Numbered from the stretch's first letter, positions 29,381-46,715 are shown. The stretch is 64,000 bases of DNA from Salpingoeca rosetta (GCA_033442325.1 JAWQFM010000003.1:2025479-2089478); one strand, 5' to 3'. Numbers and translations are program-made. Notes: generated by a model from the sequence alone, not told the origin.

Positions 29381-30683
29381 GAGAGACAGACGGAGACAGA
29401 ATACGTACGGTGGGGCGAGGACAGCGCTGAGGCCAGACCGTGTCAACTCCCTGGATAAGAAGTGCAGGTACATGAGAGGGGGTGAGTTGCTTCGCGCGTC
29501 GTCGTGACACGAAGACACACAGACACACAGACACACAGACACACACACAGACACAGACACACACACACACACACGCACACAGACACAGACACAGACACAC
29601 ACACACACAAAAGCAGACAGACAGACAGACACATACACACACACACACACACAGACAGACAGACAGACAGACAGACACACCTCTGCAGAGCAAATGGCTG
29701 TGGAGTGGAGGGGGTGCGTGGCGGGCGTTCACGCGGAGTGGGATCGCCGCCTTCGCCATCGCTGTCTTCACTATCGCTCCCATCAACCCTGATGGCTGGC
29801 GGTGCCGCACTCCTCTTGACAGCGGTCCCTGTCAGTGAAAACCCGTCACGCATTCCCGTCGGTGGCGTGGACATGCCCGTGTGTGGACGCCCCGCTGGCG
29901 TGCCCACCACGCTGACAATATGGGGCAGTGTGGTGGTGGTATCAGCGTCCGCCGATGTGGGTTGCCGTAGCAGCGGCTGCTGATGATTCCCTGCTGGGGA
30001 TGATGCGTCTGGCAGGGAGGCGGGTTGAAGCATGGCGCCACCACCAGTCGCTCGAGCTGTGCTCGTGTATGTCGGCACTGCATCATCGCTCAGTGGTAGT
30101 GGTGATATGACGTCTGTTGCATCCGGAGATGAGCTCTGGTCGCCAGTTCCGTCGCCACCACTCGTTGCCTCTGCTGTTGCTGCTTGTTCGCCTTGCTGCA
30201 TGCCAAGGCTGGGCTCAGGGCTGGTTGCAAGGGCAGGGGCACCGCTACCGACTGCCGTTGCCGAGTCCACGTTGTCGTCCTCTTCCTCCTCATCTCCGCT
30301 TGGCTGCAGCTCTTCAGCGGTGAATGCAAACTCCGGGAGGTCAAACGGGTTGGTAACCTCAGGCGGCGTCCCCACGTTTCGTGACAGCAGATTGTCATCT
30401 CCGTTTCTTGCGCCGCCCTGGCCTGTGCCTTCAGTGTCATCCAACAGCGCGCGCATGCGAGCGTCGTATGATCTGTGCAGCTCCCTCATGGACCCTGGCC
30501 GTGTGCTTACCGTCGCTGGCCTGGACACCACGTCACCTGCATTGGTGCATTCGCGCAGCATGCAGCAAGCCAACCACGCCATCTCATGATGAGCACATCT
30601 CAGGCAACTCAAGCATGAAACTCCTTTCCCCCAACACACAACGACCAGTCCACACACACACACAGACACACACACACACCAGT

Positions 30684-30769
<86 letters not shown>

Positions 30770-30996
30770 TGACCTTCGATGGCTGGCAGTGGCCCAGGCA
30801 CGTCTGCCGCCTCTTGTTGCTGAGGATCAACAGCCGTGATGATGTGGCCGCTCTCACCACCACTACCATGCTTTTGCTGCTGCTGTTGTTGCTGTGGTTG
30901 TTGTGGTGGTCTGGAGGCTGCTGTCTTACTTCCATCGCCGCTGCCGCCTCCACCTTTCGACCCTCCAGCGCTCCCCACAACGCGCAACCCATCCAT
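19298..30996 (-). CDS. TTC6: TTC6-like large tetratricopeptide-repeat protein with a long low-complexity N-terminus (many exons)
   Basis: Many TPR exons, e.g. AYFNRALML, RALIMRGCLK, PLAFFNRGVGHHMLGQYNNAVSDY, AYLGRGNALLDMNTERSRRLSKRDFLRAIHIDPRF, LEARAVVSLQ, LYNARGVV..AVEDFRAAI..AYYNLANV. The GRGN...DFL.A.H..P segment resembles animal TTC6. The 5' exons (26.5-31 kb) are assumed to belong to the same gene; the start codon at 30996 is inferred. Confidence 0.75.
26110..26213. repeat. (AACAAG)n hexanucleotide microsatellite in a TTC6 intron
   Basis: Direct: AACAAGAACAAGAACAAG... Confidence 0.85.
26705..26798. repeat. (GTGA)n microsatellite, read as (CTCA)n on the TTC6 sense strand
   Basis: Direct: about 23 GTGA units in an intron, near its 3' end on the sense strand. 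Confidence 0.9.
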
Positions 30997-31019
30997 TCCC
31001 GTCGTCTGCTGCTGCTGCG

Positions 31020-31084
31020 GCTGCTTGGAAACCGTTACTACTGTTTATGGTGTCGAATACTGGTTGTTGTGGTTGTGGTTGCTA
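31020..31084. promoter_or_regulatory. Possible RFX X-box-like sites in the TTC6 / transposase-gene bidirectional promoter
   Basis: GCTGCTTGGAAAC (31020-31032) resembles an X-box, and GTTGCTA (31078-31084) resembles an RFX half-site. TTC6 is flagellum-associated in animals. Both are short, degenerate matches. Confidence 0.3.
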
Positions 31085-31111
31085 ATTGCACGCAACAGGC
31101 AAAGCCGCGCC

Positions 31112-32857
31112 ATGTCAACCGCCAAGAAGCGAGTGGCTCTGACCACGGCGGAGAAGGCAGCAGTGGTGCATGAGAAGGGCAGAGATGCGTCGCTGACTCG
31201 AGAGCAACTCATCGAGTACTGCAGTGCAAAGTTTGGCAAGCGTCCGTCGCCAGCATGCATCACAAACATCCTCAAGGATCCAAAGCGCTGGGAGGAAGCA
31301 GCAAGCGATCCTTACACAGCAAAGCGTGCCAAGCTTCGACCGAGCCCAGTTGCAGGTCTCGAAGCAGCTTTGGCCGCCTGGGTTGAGCAGCAGAAGGCCC
31401 AAAACTTCCCGCTGACAGACGAAACACTGTTGGCAAAAGCACATGCCATTGGGCAGCACACATCTCTGCCAGACCATTTCAACTTCAGCCACTCATGGCT
31501 GCTGCGATTCAAACATCGTCATGACATGTGTCAGCGCAAGCTTCACACACAGGCGGCAAGCGCGGACATGGATGGTGTTGCGCTTGCGCGTGAGGCGCTG
31601 CCCAGACTCCTCGAGCACGTTTCCCGTGATGACCTGTACAACTTGCGCGAGGCAGCTGTGTACTATACGCAGCTCCCAACTCGCACTCGTGCATCTCACC
31701 AACGTGCGGGAGCGGTCACGAACAAGCAGCGACTGACCGTTGCTCTGTGCTGCAATGCTTCTGGTACCGACAAGCTGCCGTTGTACGTGATTGGCAAGGC
31801 AGCGAACCCTGGCTGTTTTGCAAAAGGTTGGCGGTCACTTCATGATTCCGGTGCTCATTACGATTCCAACAGCAGCGCCTGGATGACCTCCACAATCTTC
31901 AACAACTTCCTCAAAGACTTCACCCGGCATGTCCAGCGGCCTGTGTGGCTGATTGTCAACAACGCACGCTCCCACATCGTCGCAGATGGCACACCAGGCA
32001 CATGGTTTGGCTTGAAGGGTGTCAGTATCGGAACGGTGAACGTGGTCTTCCTTCCGCCCAACACGACGTCCCATGTGCAGCCCTTGGATGCTGGCATCAT
32101 TCGCTCCTTCAAAGCGAAATACCGAGTGCGCCACCTTACCTGGCTGTCCAAGGAGCTCGAGGACACAAGCGTCACAGCTGCACGGCTGCATGTGCCCCTC
32201 GACGTTGCATTTCACTGGTGCCAGAATGCTTGGAAGGACATCAGTGTTGACACCATCCGCCATTGCTGGGATCACGCCGACATTCTCCCTGGAGACGACC
32301 ACATCGACGAGCTGAACGCACTGCTAAAACCGCTCGCCTCCGACCCGCGCTTCGGCAAGGAGACCCCAACTGCCGACGCTTTGCTGAGCTCACCGATGGA
32401 AAATGTTACGGAGGTACCACACGAGCCTCGTGATCTGGAAGCGATGGTTGACCACCTTGAGGGTTCTGACGGACGGGAGGCTGGGCATGTCGGCACGTGT
32501 GATGTGGGTGATGACGGGGACCACAACAGTGGTATGGGTGGTGTGGGTGGAATCGATGACAACGACGAAGGGGACGATGGGGAGGGTGATGTGATTTGTC
32601 TTGACGACGTGCCATCATCGTCACAGCGCCCGGCAGTCCCGAAAGTGAACGCACCCCCACCAACGCTTAGGCAAGCAAGAGAGGCGGCCACTCTTCTTCG
32701 CCGCTTCATTACATTCCACCCGCACAAGCTCGCCAACTACCGTGACTATTTGGTTTCCCTTCGTTCGGCCCTTGACTTTATTGTGATGCCTCAAACACAG
32801 CCTACTCTGGATGTCTTTCTCACTGATGACGCTTCTGTCGACGAGTCTGCACAGTAA
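31112..32857 (+). CDS. pogo/Tigger/CENP-B-like transposase-derived protein (CENP-B N-type HTH, HTH_Tnp_Tc5, DDE_1), intronless, probably domesticated
   Basis: 581-aa uninterrupted ORF. HTH: KRVALTTAEK..ACITNILK. Second HTH: LEAALAAWV..LTDETLLAKA..FNFSHSWLLRFKHRH. DDE_1: KQRLTVALCCNASGTDKLPLYVIGK..SNSSAWMTSTIF..VVFLPPNTTSHVQPLDAGIIRSFKAKYR..AWKDISVDTIRHCW. No terminal inverted repeats were found in the flanks. Confidence 0.9.
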   Translation: MSTAKKRVALTTAEKAAVVHEKGRDASLTREQLIEYCSAKFGKRPSPACITNILKDPKRWEEAASDPYTAKRAKLRPSPVAGLEAALAAWVEQQKAQNFPLTDETLLAKAHAIGQHTSLPDHFNFSHSWLLRFKHRHDMCQRKLHTQAASADMDGVALAREALPRLLEHVSRDDLYNLREAAVYYTQLPTRTRASHQRAGAVTNKQRLTVALCCNASGTDKLPLYVIGKAANPGCFAKGWRSLHDSGAHYDSNSSAWMTSTIFNNFLKDFTRHVQRPVWLIVNNARSHIVADGTPGTWFGLKGVSIGTVNVVFLPPNTTSHVQPLDAGIIRSFKAKYRVRHLTWLSKELEDTSVTAARLHVPLDVAFHWCQNAWKDISVDTIRHCWDHADILPGDDHIDELNALLKPLASDPRFGKETPTADALLSSPMENVTEVPHEPRDLEAMVDHLEGSDGREAGHVGTCDVGDDGDHNSGMGGVGGIDDNDEGDDGEGDVICLDDVPSSSQRPAVPKVNAPPPTLRQAREAATLLRRFITFHPHKLANYRDYLVSLRSALDFIVMPQTQPTLDVFLTDDASVDESAQ

Positions 32858-32876
32858 ACCGTCTTCCTGGCCGTAT

Positions 32877-32921
<45 letters not shown>

Positions 32922-33220
32922 CCTGCACTCTGTCAGAGTGCACTGCTGTCGCTTGTGATTTGGTTGTCTGTACTTTGCTCTGCCTTACTCTCCATGTCAC
33001 ACCCCACTCCCTTTTTCGCTCTCCCCGTCATGCCATCATTCACATCAAGGTCACAGCATCCCCGCCTTTCCACCCTGCCCCTGTTGTTGCTGATAGTTGT
33101 TTATGGTGCTGGCACGCGCATCACAGGGAAAAGCAGGCAATGGTGAACAGGGTCGAGCAGGCCAAAAAGCGAAAGCGAATAGCATGAAGTTGTGTTGGTA
33201 GACACGTGGTGTTACACAGA

Positions 33221-33288
<68 letters not shown>

Positions 33289-33292
33289 TGTG

Positions 33293-38574
<5,282 letters not shown>

Positions 38575-38793
38575 GGCAGGAAATCGCTGTCCTTGGCTGG
38601 CGAAGAAGCAACCCCACTAACAACCACAACGGTACTTCCAACCACGCTCAAACCCGGTTCTCCTTTGTCTCCAACCAGAACCAAGGCGCTTGCTTGCCTG
38701 CCTGCTCCACCCAACACAACAAAGAAGAACAAGGATGCGCGTTGCTTGCTTGCTTTGTTTGACCGCGGGCGACACGCAGAACGAGGTTTGAAC

Positions 38794-38816
38794 TGCGCAC
38801 GACCGCGGTCTGCGCA
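38794..38816. promoter_or_regulatory. Near-perfect 23-bp dyad TGCGCA-C-GACCGCGGTC-TGCGCA in the PFKFB/OSCA bidirectional promoter
   Basis: Direct: inverted symmetry with a 1-nt bulge, between divergent start codons. Confidence 0.3.
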
Positions 38817-38874
38817 ACATTTTCAAGCAATTATCTACAAGTGTTTGCTGACTCACACTCAGCAGACGAAGAAG

Positions 38875-41800
38875 ATGCAGAGGACGAAGATGGAGATGAA
38901 GTTGGGGAGACAAGCAGCAGGGATGAGATGGGTTGTGTTGTTTGTGGCGGTGCGGTGGCGGTGTGTGGTAGTAGTGTTGGGGTGAATGGGGAGGACGTCT
39001 ATTTCGCAGACTGCGTCAACCTCTTCTCAGATGCATCCTGCAGCATGCCGCGTGGATCTGCCACGGTGAGCAGTTTGTGTGCGGACGTGTGTGTTGTGCT
39101 CGCAGCGTGTGCTCACACATGTAGTGATTGGTGCTTGCAGCGTGGGTGTGCAGCTTCGTTTGGTTGTCTCATGTCAGGTGTTTGTGTGACACAACGTGTA
39201 CTTGTGTGACGATCATGTGCTTGCACTGTGGCTGCGTGCATACATGTTGTTGGTGTCGTCGTCACTGTTGCAGCTTGGAAGACTGCCGCAAACCCGCTAT
39301 TGTCTGCGATCCACCCAAACCTGCGCAGCAGCCCCCGATTTCCAGGTGCGCGTGGGTAAATTGCGCTCGTACCTGTGCCTGTGCTTGTGCTTGCCCTCTT
39401 TCTGCTTGACATTGGCATTCTTGTGGTTGCCAGTCGTATGTGATGTGGCAACGAACGGGTGGATGTGCAAGAAGACACTGCACAGGTTCTAATGCAACAC
39501 TTGGATCTCTGCGTGCAACAGGAAGCGTATTCCTTTGACTGCCAGAAAGACAACAGCTCCAGCATCAAGATATGGACACGCACCACACACTGTTCCCCAG
39601 ATACGCCAAACTTTAACGTGACAGGTGCGCTTCGAGGCGTGCATCTTGGGGATGGGTGTGCGAGTGAGTGAGTGAGTGAGTGAGTGAGTGAGTGAGTGAG
39701 TGAGTGAGTGAGTGAGTGAGTGAGTGAGTGAGTGAGTGAGTGAGTGAGTGAGTGAGTGAGTGAGTGAGTGAGTGAGTGAGTGAGTGAGTGAGTGAGCCCG
39801 TGTGCGTCATCTGTACGATCTCTCTGTGTCTGTTTGTGTGCATGTGTTCCAAACGTTTTGCTCTCATCAAGTCCTATATGTTGTCACCCCACCCCACCCA
39901 ATCCTTTGTGCGATCGCTGTCATTGACATGCTTGCGGCATTCCAACGCCTGCAGTGCGCGCGGGCGAGTGCGTGTTCGCCTTTACCGACACGCGGCCGCC
40001 AACGGGCCCCGTGTATGTGCGCCTGGAGTGCGACGTCGAAGTGCGCGAGAGTGAGACGCGGTCGTTCCTGGTGTCCTTTGGCATCAACGCCGTGCTCGCC
40101 GTGCTGCTGCTCACCCTCTTCTGCTGCCTTCGCCACCGCCTGCCGCACTTGTACGAGACGCGCGTCGAGGAAATAGATGACATCGGAAACCTCGCCCCCG
40201 TGAGTACTGGATCTTGCCGCGGTGTGTCGTGTGTCGTGTGTCGTGTGTGTCGTGTATCGTGTGTCGTGTGTGTGTGTGTCGTGTGTGCGTGTGTTGTGTG
40301 TCGTGTGTACTTATGCGTGTGCGCGTGTGCGTATACTTATGTGTGTGCGTGTGCGTATACTTATGTGTGTGCATGTGCTTGCGTCCATGTCCTGCACTGT
40401 CGTTGCCTGCTTTATGTGTGTTGTGTGTTTTTTCTACTGGAGTTGGTGCCCTTTGCCTTTCTCACTTGGCCCACTTCTCGTCTCGCTGTCATGATCAGAA
40501 CAACCCACCACAGCCGGGCTACTTTGGCTGGCTCACCACCTCCTTCCGTCTCACGGATCAGCAGGTGAGCACGATCAACATGGGGTAGCCATTCGCATGT
40601 GTTCATGTGTGTACGTGTATGTGTTTGTGTGAGAGCATGTGTGCTTGTTGCTTCAATCGATTACATGTTACATTACACACACACACACACACACATACGC
40701 ACATACGCATACACACATACACACACATACGCACGCACTCTCACTCCCACTCTCACGCGTGTGCACATGCCTGTGCAGATGTTTGAGCAGTGCGGGCTGG
40801 ACGGGCTGATGTACACACTTCTCTTCCGCACGCTCCTCAAGGCGTTTGCCGCGTGCTTCGTGCTCACTGCCATCATCATATTGCCCGTCAACGCGCACGG
40901 CGGACTTGGCCTCACTGGTGTTGATGGCCTGTCCATCGCCAACGTGTCAGACGGCAACCAGAGCCTCAATGCGCACCTCATCCTCACGGTCGTGTACAGC
41001 GTCATCATCATGTATGCGCTCCGACACTCGTACAGGAAGGTATCGTGCAACCGTTCAGTTGCTGCTGGCGGGTGACTCTGTGAGTGAGTGAGAGCATGTG
41101 TGTTTGTGGTTGTGTGCGTATGTGTGTGTTTGTGGTTGAGTGTATGTGTTGATATGTGCGCGCGTGTGTCGGTATGCGCGCGTAAGTGTGCGTGTGGTAG
41201 AGTTGGCTTGTGCACACGCACCCTCTTGTGGCCTCCCTCACGCCACCATCACGCCACGACGACCAGTACACCAAGTTCCGCTACCGCTACCTCGCCACAG
41301 CGCACGCCAACAACTACGCTGTTCTCGTGCGCGACATTCCGCCCGATGTTCCCACAGATGCAGCCGTTCTCGACTACTTCAGGTGATGACCCACAGCTGC
41401 ATGGGGATGCTGTGGCCGTGGTGGTGGTGGTGGTAGTGGTGGTGTTGGTGGTGTTGGTGGTCGTGGTGTGTGTGTGTGCGTGCGTGTGTGTGTGCGTGTG
41501 TGTGCGTGTGCGTACGTGTGTATGTGTGTATCGTAGTACTAGCGTTTGGCGTGCGCTTGCTCTCGTTCACACCACGGTGGCTTGTGCTTGTGTTTGTGCA
41601 TTCTGTGGTGCGCCTCTGCTTTGGTGCTGGGCAGATCAATGCACGAGGGAGCCGAGCAGGTGACGCGGTTTGTGGACGTGAAGGACCTCCCAGCCATCAC
41701 AAAGAAGCGAAAGCAGGTGCGCTACGCGTGCATGTCTGCAACGCGCCATTGTACACATGAGACAGGTGTACTAGTTTTGTGCACACGTGGAGACATGCAC

Positions 41801-43299
41801 ATGCATGATGTAACACTCCCGAAACACTCACCCACTTACACCCGCTCACTCACACATGTGCACACACACGCACACTCACCCACTTACACCCACTCACTCA
41901 CACATATGCACACACACGCACACTCACCCACACACCTACTTGCACTCATGCAGGCGCGAAAGCAGCTTGAGCGGGCGCTGCATAAGCAGGAGCAGGGCGG
42001 GGAGGCGACGATGCGGCGTGGCGGGTGTCTCGGCTGCGGTGGTGACGTTGTCGATGCAGTTCACCACTGGCAGACGGAACTCAACACGCTCAACGACACG
42101 GTAAGTGACTGCTGCTCGCAAACACCTCCCTGATCCACCCGGTTCAACGTCACCACCGCCTCCTATCTCACCATCCCATATGCCATCATCACCATCACCA
42201 CCACCACCACCACCACCACCACCACCACGTGGCAGTATGCGCGGCGGCTGCGCGAGGTAACGGAATCTCCGTCCTATCTTCCGAGCGCAATCGTCACGTT
42301 CAAGACTGTCAAGGACGCCACGATTGCATCACAGGTGCGCCACTCGCGCGTGCCGTTTACCTGGACGATTGATCTGGCGGCAGAGGCCCGCGACCTGCTG
42401 TGGTCGAACCTGGCACTGCCCCACACGGCCCGTCTCTCCCGCTCCGTCGCAGTCACCATCGTCACCATCATTCTCGTGCGTCTATTGGAAGAGGAGGGGA
42501 AGAGGGGAGGGGCGTTATGTGTATGTGTGCGTGTGTATGTGTGCGTGTGTATGTGTGCGTGTGTGTTTGTGTGTGCGTGTGTGGGTGTTTGCGTCTGGCT
42601 ATGTGTGTTTGTTGTGTTGTGCTTTGTTTTGCGTTTGCATGTTGTGTTGGCGGGTGCGTGCATGTATGTCGACTTCATGCGAAAACGAGCTCACTGCCAA
42701 GGTGGTGGGTGCTGCTGCTGTGCGGATTGCGAATGCTCACTTGTGCTGCACGTACCCTGCGGCTTGGACATGCACACCAGATGATTGTGTGGACCATCCC
42801 AGTGTCGTTTGTCATTTCTCTCTTCTCGCTGCAGTCGCTGTCGCGTGTCATTCCCCAGCTGAAAACGTGTGTCCAGTTGTCACACACGAAGGGTGTTTTG
42901 CAATTGCACCCGGCTTGCAATCAATTTGCACCCGCTCAAACGCAAACACATTTTTACCGCACAAGCACACACAAGCACACACACACACAGACATATGTAC
43001 ACAGCAGCTATTTCAACACCCTCATGTTCACTGCTTGCTTGCGCTGCCGTGGTCCTTCCCACCTCCCGTTGCTTCTGCTCGTGTCAACACAGCTACGTTG
43101 CCAACAGCTCTGTCATTGGCGGGTTTGTCGAGGGCTTCCTTGCCTCTATCATCCTGCTCATCATCATGGCGCTGATCCCGTCCGTTATGCGCTGGCTGTC
43201 GCATCTGGAGGGCCACCCGACAGAGAGCTGCGTTGGCCGCGCCAGCACCGTCAAGCTCTTCTGGTTCCAGGTGTGCTTGCGGTAGTGGCAGTAGTCGTA

Positions 43300-43381
<82 letters not shown>

Positions 43382-43808
43382 TGTGTGGGTGTGTGTGTGG
43401 GTGTGTGTGTGTGTGTGTGGGTGTGTGTGTGGGTGTGTGTGTGTGTGGACATGTGTGCGGACGTGTGTGCGTGGATGTGTGTGTACGGTTGTGAGTTGTG
43501 TGGTGTCAGCGTTTGTACAAGCGTCAGTTTTGCTTGTGCTGCATTGAACCTGCCAGCAACGCCAACGGCTCTTCTGTCTGTCTCTCTTTGTTTCTGCACC
43601 TCTTGTTTCACATTCACCTCTACCCGTGCACACGATGCTCTGTCCTTTCAGGTCGTGAACATCTTCCTTGTGTCTCTCGTCTTCGGCAGGTGCGCGCGCG
43701 CGTGTGTGTGCGATTTATTGTGTGCAAGCTGGTCGATCGTCATCCTCCCACTTCAATTGCTGTTGCGTTGTATTCAGCGCAGCTGACCAGTGGCACACAC
43801 ACACACAC

Positions 43809-43844
<36 letters not shown>

Positions 43845-44009
43845 GCACACGCACGCACACATGCAGCGTGCTGCCGATTCTTGATGACCTTCGGGACAAC
43901 CCTGGGCAGCTGATTGATCTGCTTGGCGGCAGCGTGCCACGCACGGGCCTCTTCTTCACCTCGTTCGTCATGGTCAGGGGTGAGTCACGCCTCGAGTGTT
44001 GGCGCTTCC

Positions 44010-44047
<38 letters not shown>

Positions 44048-46312
44048 GGACACGAGTGTGCGGAACGTTGTTTGCAGCAACGCAGTCACGGCCACATGGT
44101 TTGTGCGTGGAGCACACCCATACCTCCATATCCACACACATACACACGCAAACACGCATCAAGTACACTTCTTTGCTTTATACGCATATATACCCCCTTC
44201 TTCTTCTCAAGTACACGCACGCACGCTCACGCACGACGCACGCACGCTTACGCACGACCCACCACTGGCACCCTCTCGTGCACCTCCACCCAGCGTGTGT
44301 TGGGTATCCTGTGCAGCTGCTGCGGGTGGCGGAAGCGCTCGTGTCGTTTTTCTCGTATGTCTTCTTCTCCGCAACGCCCGCAGAACGCAACGAGGCGTTC
44401 AAGGCGATCCACTTTGACATCCCAGCGTACATCTCAGGTGTGGCTGTGTGCATGTATGATCCACGTGCACATGTTGGTGGAAGCGTGCACCTGTTCTCAC
44501 CACCACTCATCATACAGGCCACGTGCACACATGTCACTCAAGCACACGCTCATTCACACATTTACACGATGCCTGTGTATCTCTTCACACTCACTTCTCC
44601 ACACACACACACACACTGCAGCGGATATGCTTGTGATTTTGGTTGGCATGACGTTCAGCAACGTCAACCCCATTATCGTGCCGTTCTTCCTGCTGTATCT
44701 TGCACTCGGTTACATCACCAACCGCTACCTCCTCTTCTTCGTGTACAAGCAGGTAACAGCTCATTGCTCGCGTAATGTAGAGGAGGGGGGGGAGGGATGG
44801 GGTTAGGTGGTATGGGCTTTGGCCACGTACGTGTATGCGTGCGTGATGCTGTCACGTAGGCAGTGCAACTCCTCATCATTTATATGACTCGCTTTCACAC
44901 TCACATTCCTTTCTTCACTCTGTTACACACACACACACACACACGCACACACACACACACACACACACGCACACTTGTAGCGATATGACAGTGGCGGGCA
45001 GCTGTGGCCGCTGATCTTCAACCAGCTGATGATGTGTTTGATCATCTCCCAAATCGCTGTTGCAGCCGTGCTCGCCGTCAAGACAATGATCGTCCAAGTG
45101 CGTGTGTGCCTGTTTGATTGATGTAATTGTTCATATGTGTGTGTACATGTATGTGTGTGTACATGTATGTGTGTGTACATGTATGTGTGTATACTTGTAT
45201 GTGTACATGTGTGTGTGTGTTCTTTCGTCCAGAGACAGGGCACTGGCCACCATATCACCCAAACGTTGTTTCTGATTTCTTTGCCTTTGCTCACATCTGG
45301 TTGCGTTGCGTGTTTGGTTGTGGGCCTCCCTTGTGCAGGCGTGCTTGCTGCTGGTGCTCGTTATGGCCACTGGTGTGTTCTGGTACTACATGCACACTGT
45401 AAGTTGAGCATGCGCACGCATTTGTGCATGTGTTGTGCATGTGTGTATTTGAGCATGCGTGTAGTTGAGCATGTATTTGTGCGTGCTTGTGTTTGAGCGC
45501 GTGTTATTGTGCGTGTGCACCTTAAGCGCCTCTGCGTGCTTGTGTATTTCAGTTGCAATTCTTTCCTCCCTCCTCTTCTTCTAATCTACACACGCACGCT
45601 TGTTGTTGTTGCTCTTGACTTGCTTCCGCACTGCGGTGTTCAACAGGGGCGCGGCCAGGTTGGCAATGACCTTGCGCTGGAAGTGGCCGTGAGCGTGGAC
45701 TCTCCAATGCCTTCAGACTTGGCCCGCACATACAAGCAGGTACGAGGTGTCTTGCTTGGTGGCTTGGTGCGCTCACATGTTACGCACGTGAGACGTGCGT
45801 GTTCGCTGCGTTTTGTGTACCGCTTCTTTTGAGCGCTTTCTCTTGTCTATCCGCTTGTTGTGCCTCCCTCTGCCTCCCTCCTCGTTCTTCTCCTTCTCCT
45901 CCTTTTGTCTCCGCTTCGCCTCTTCCTCCTCACGTGCGCTTCTGTGCATGGTTGTGTCTCTCTGTTGCCTGTTGTGCTGCAGCCTGAGCTGAAGGAGGAA
46001 GTGGCCATGAAGCCTCGGCACGGGCCAGCGCGAGCCGCCAAAGTGCACCCGACAACCACGGCGCACGCGAGACCGAAGGTAAGGCCTTGCAAGCGTGTGT
46101 GCGTGTCTGGTTGCACGCGTGCTGCGTTTTGTTTTGTTTTGGGTGTGGGCAGGCAGGCATGCTTGCTTGTTTGGTCTCAACATCTCCTCATTTCATCATG
46201 AACAACACACACACAATTTACACACACAATGTACACACACACACACACACACAATGTTCACACACAATGTTCACACACAATGTACACACCCAACGTCGAC
46301 ACACACAATGTA

Positions 46313-46378
<66 letters not shown>

Positions 46379-46389
46379 GCACACACAAT

Positions 46390-46455
<66 letters not shown>

Positions 46456-46474
46456 ACACACACACCCACCCATC

Positions 46475-46550
<76 letters not shown>

Positions 46551-46715
46551 ATGTACGCGCTTCAGAAGCAAGCAACGGGTCGGAAAGGTGGAGAGGCATC
46601 CCCGTTGCTGCCAACAAGAGCGACACCCGATTCTCGGCACCGCACGGGCTCAGACTACCTCCTGTACACCACAAACAACTCGGACAACGCAGCATCCGAG
46701 GCGCAGGAAGCCTGA
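38875..46715 (+). CDS. TMEM63: OSCA/TMEM63 (CSC1/ERD4-like) mechanosensitive Ca2+-permeable channel with an N-terminal Cys-rich extension
   Basis: TM0 SFLVSFGINAVLAVLLLTLFCCLRHRLPHLY; GYFGWL; CGLDGLMY..F; IILPVN; LSIANV; NNYAVLVRDIP; VDAVHHW; SAIVTF; AAEARDLLWSNL; IVWTIPVSFV; KLFWFQVVNIFLV; LGGSVPRTGLFFTSFV; YPVQLLR; MTFSNVNPII; RYLLFFVY..YDSGGQLWP. Stop at 46713-46715. The 5' exon needs a 1-nt correction near 38951. The symbol indicates family only. Confidence 0.9.
39662..39796. repeat. (GTGA)n microsatellite (~33 units) in OSCA intron 3
   Basis: Direct: GAGTGAGTGAGT... Confidence 0.92.
41826..41930. repeat. ~48-bp tandem minisatellite (about 2 copies) in an OSCA intron
   Basis: ACTCACCCACTTACACCCRCTCACTCACACATRTGCACACACACGCAC is repeated. 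Confidence 0.7.

Noticed and set aside
30836-31111. 92-aa N-terminal extension of the 673-aa transposase ORF
   Set aside because: It overlaps the first TTC6 exon antisense and is low complexity; the transposase-like sequence begins at Met 31112.
31000-33290. Active pogo/Tigger element
   Set aside because: No TIR pair or TA TSD was found, and two of the three catalytic Asp residues are substituted.
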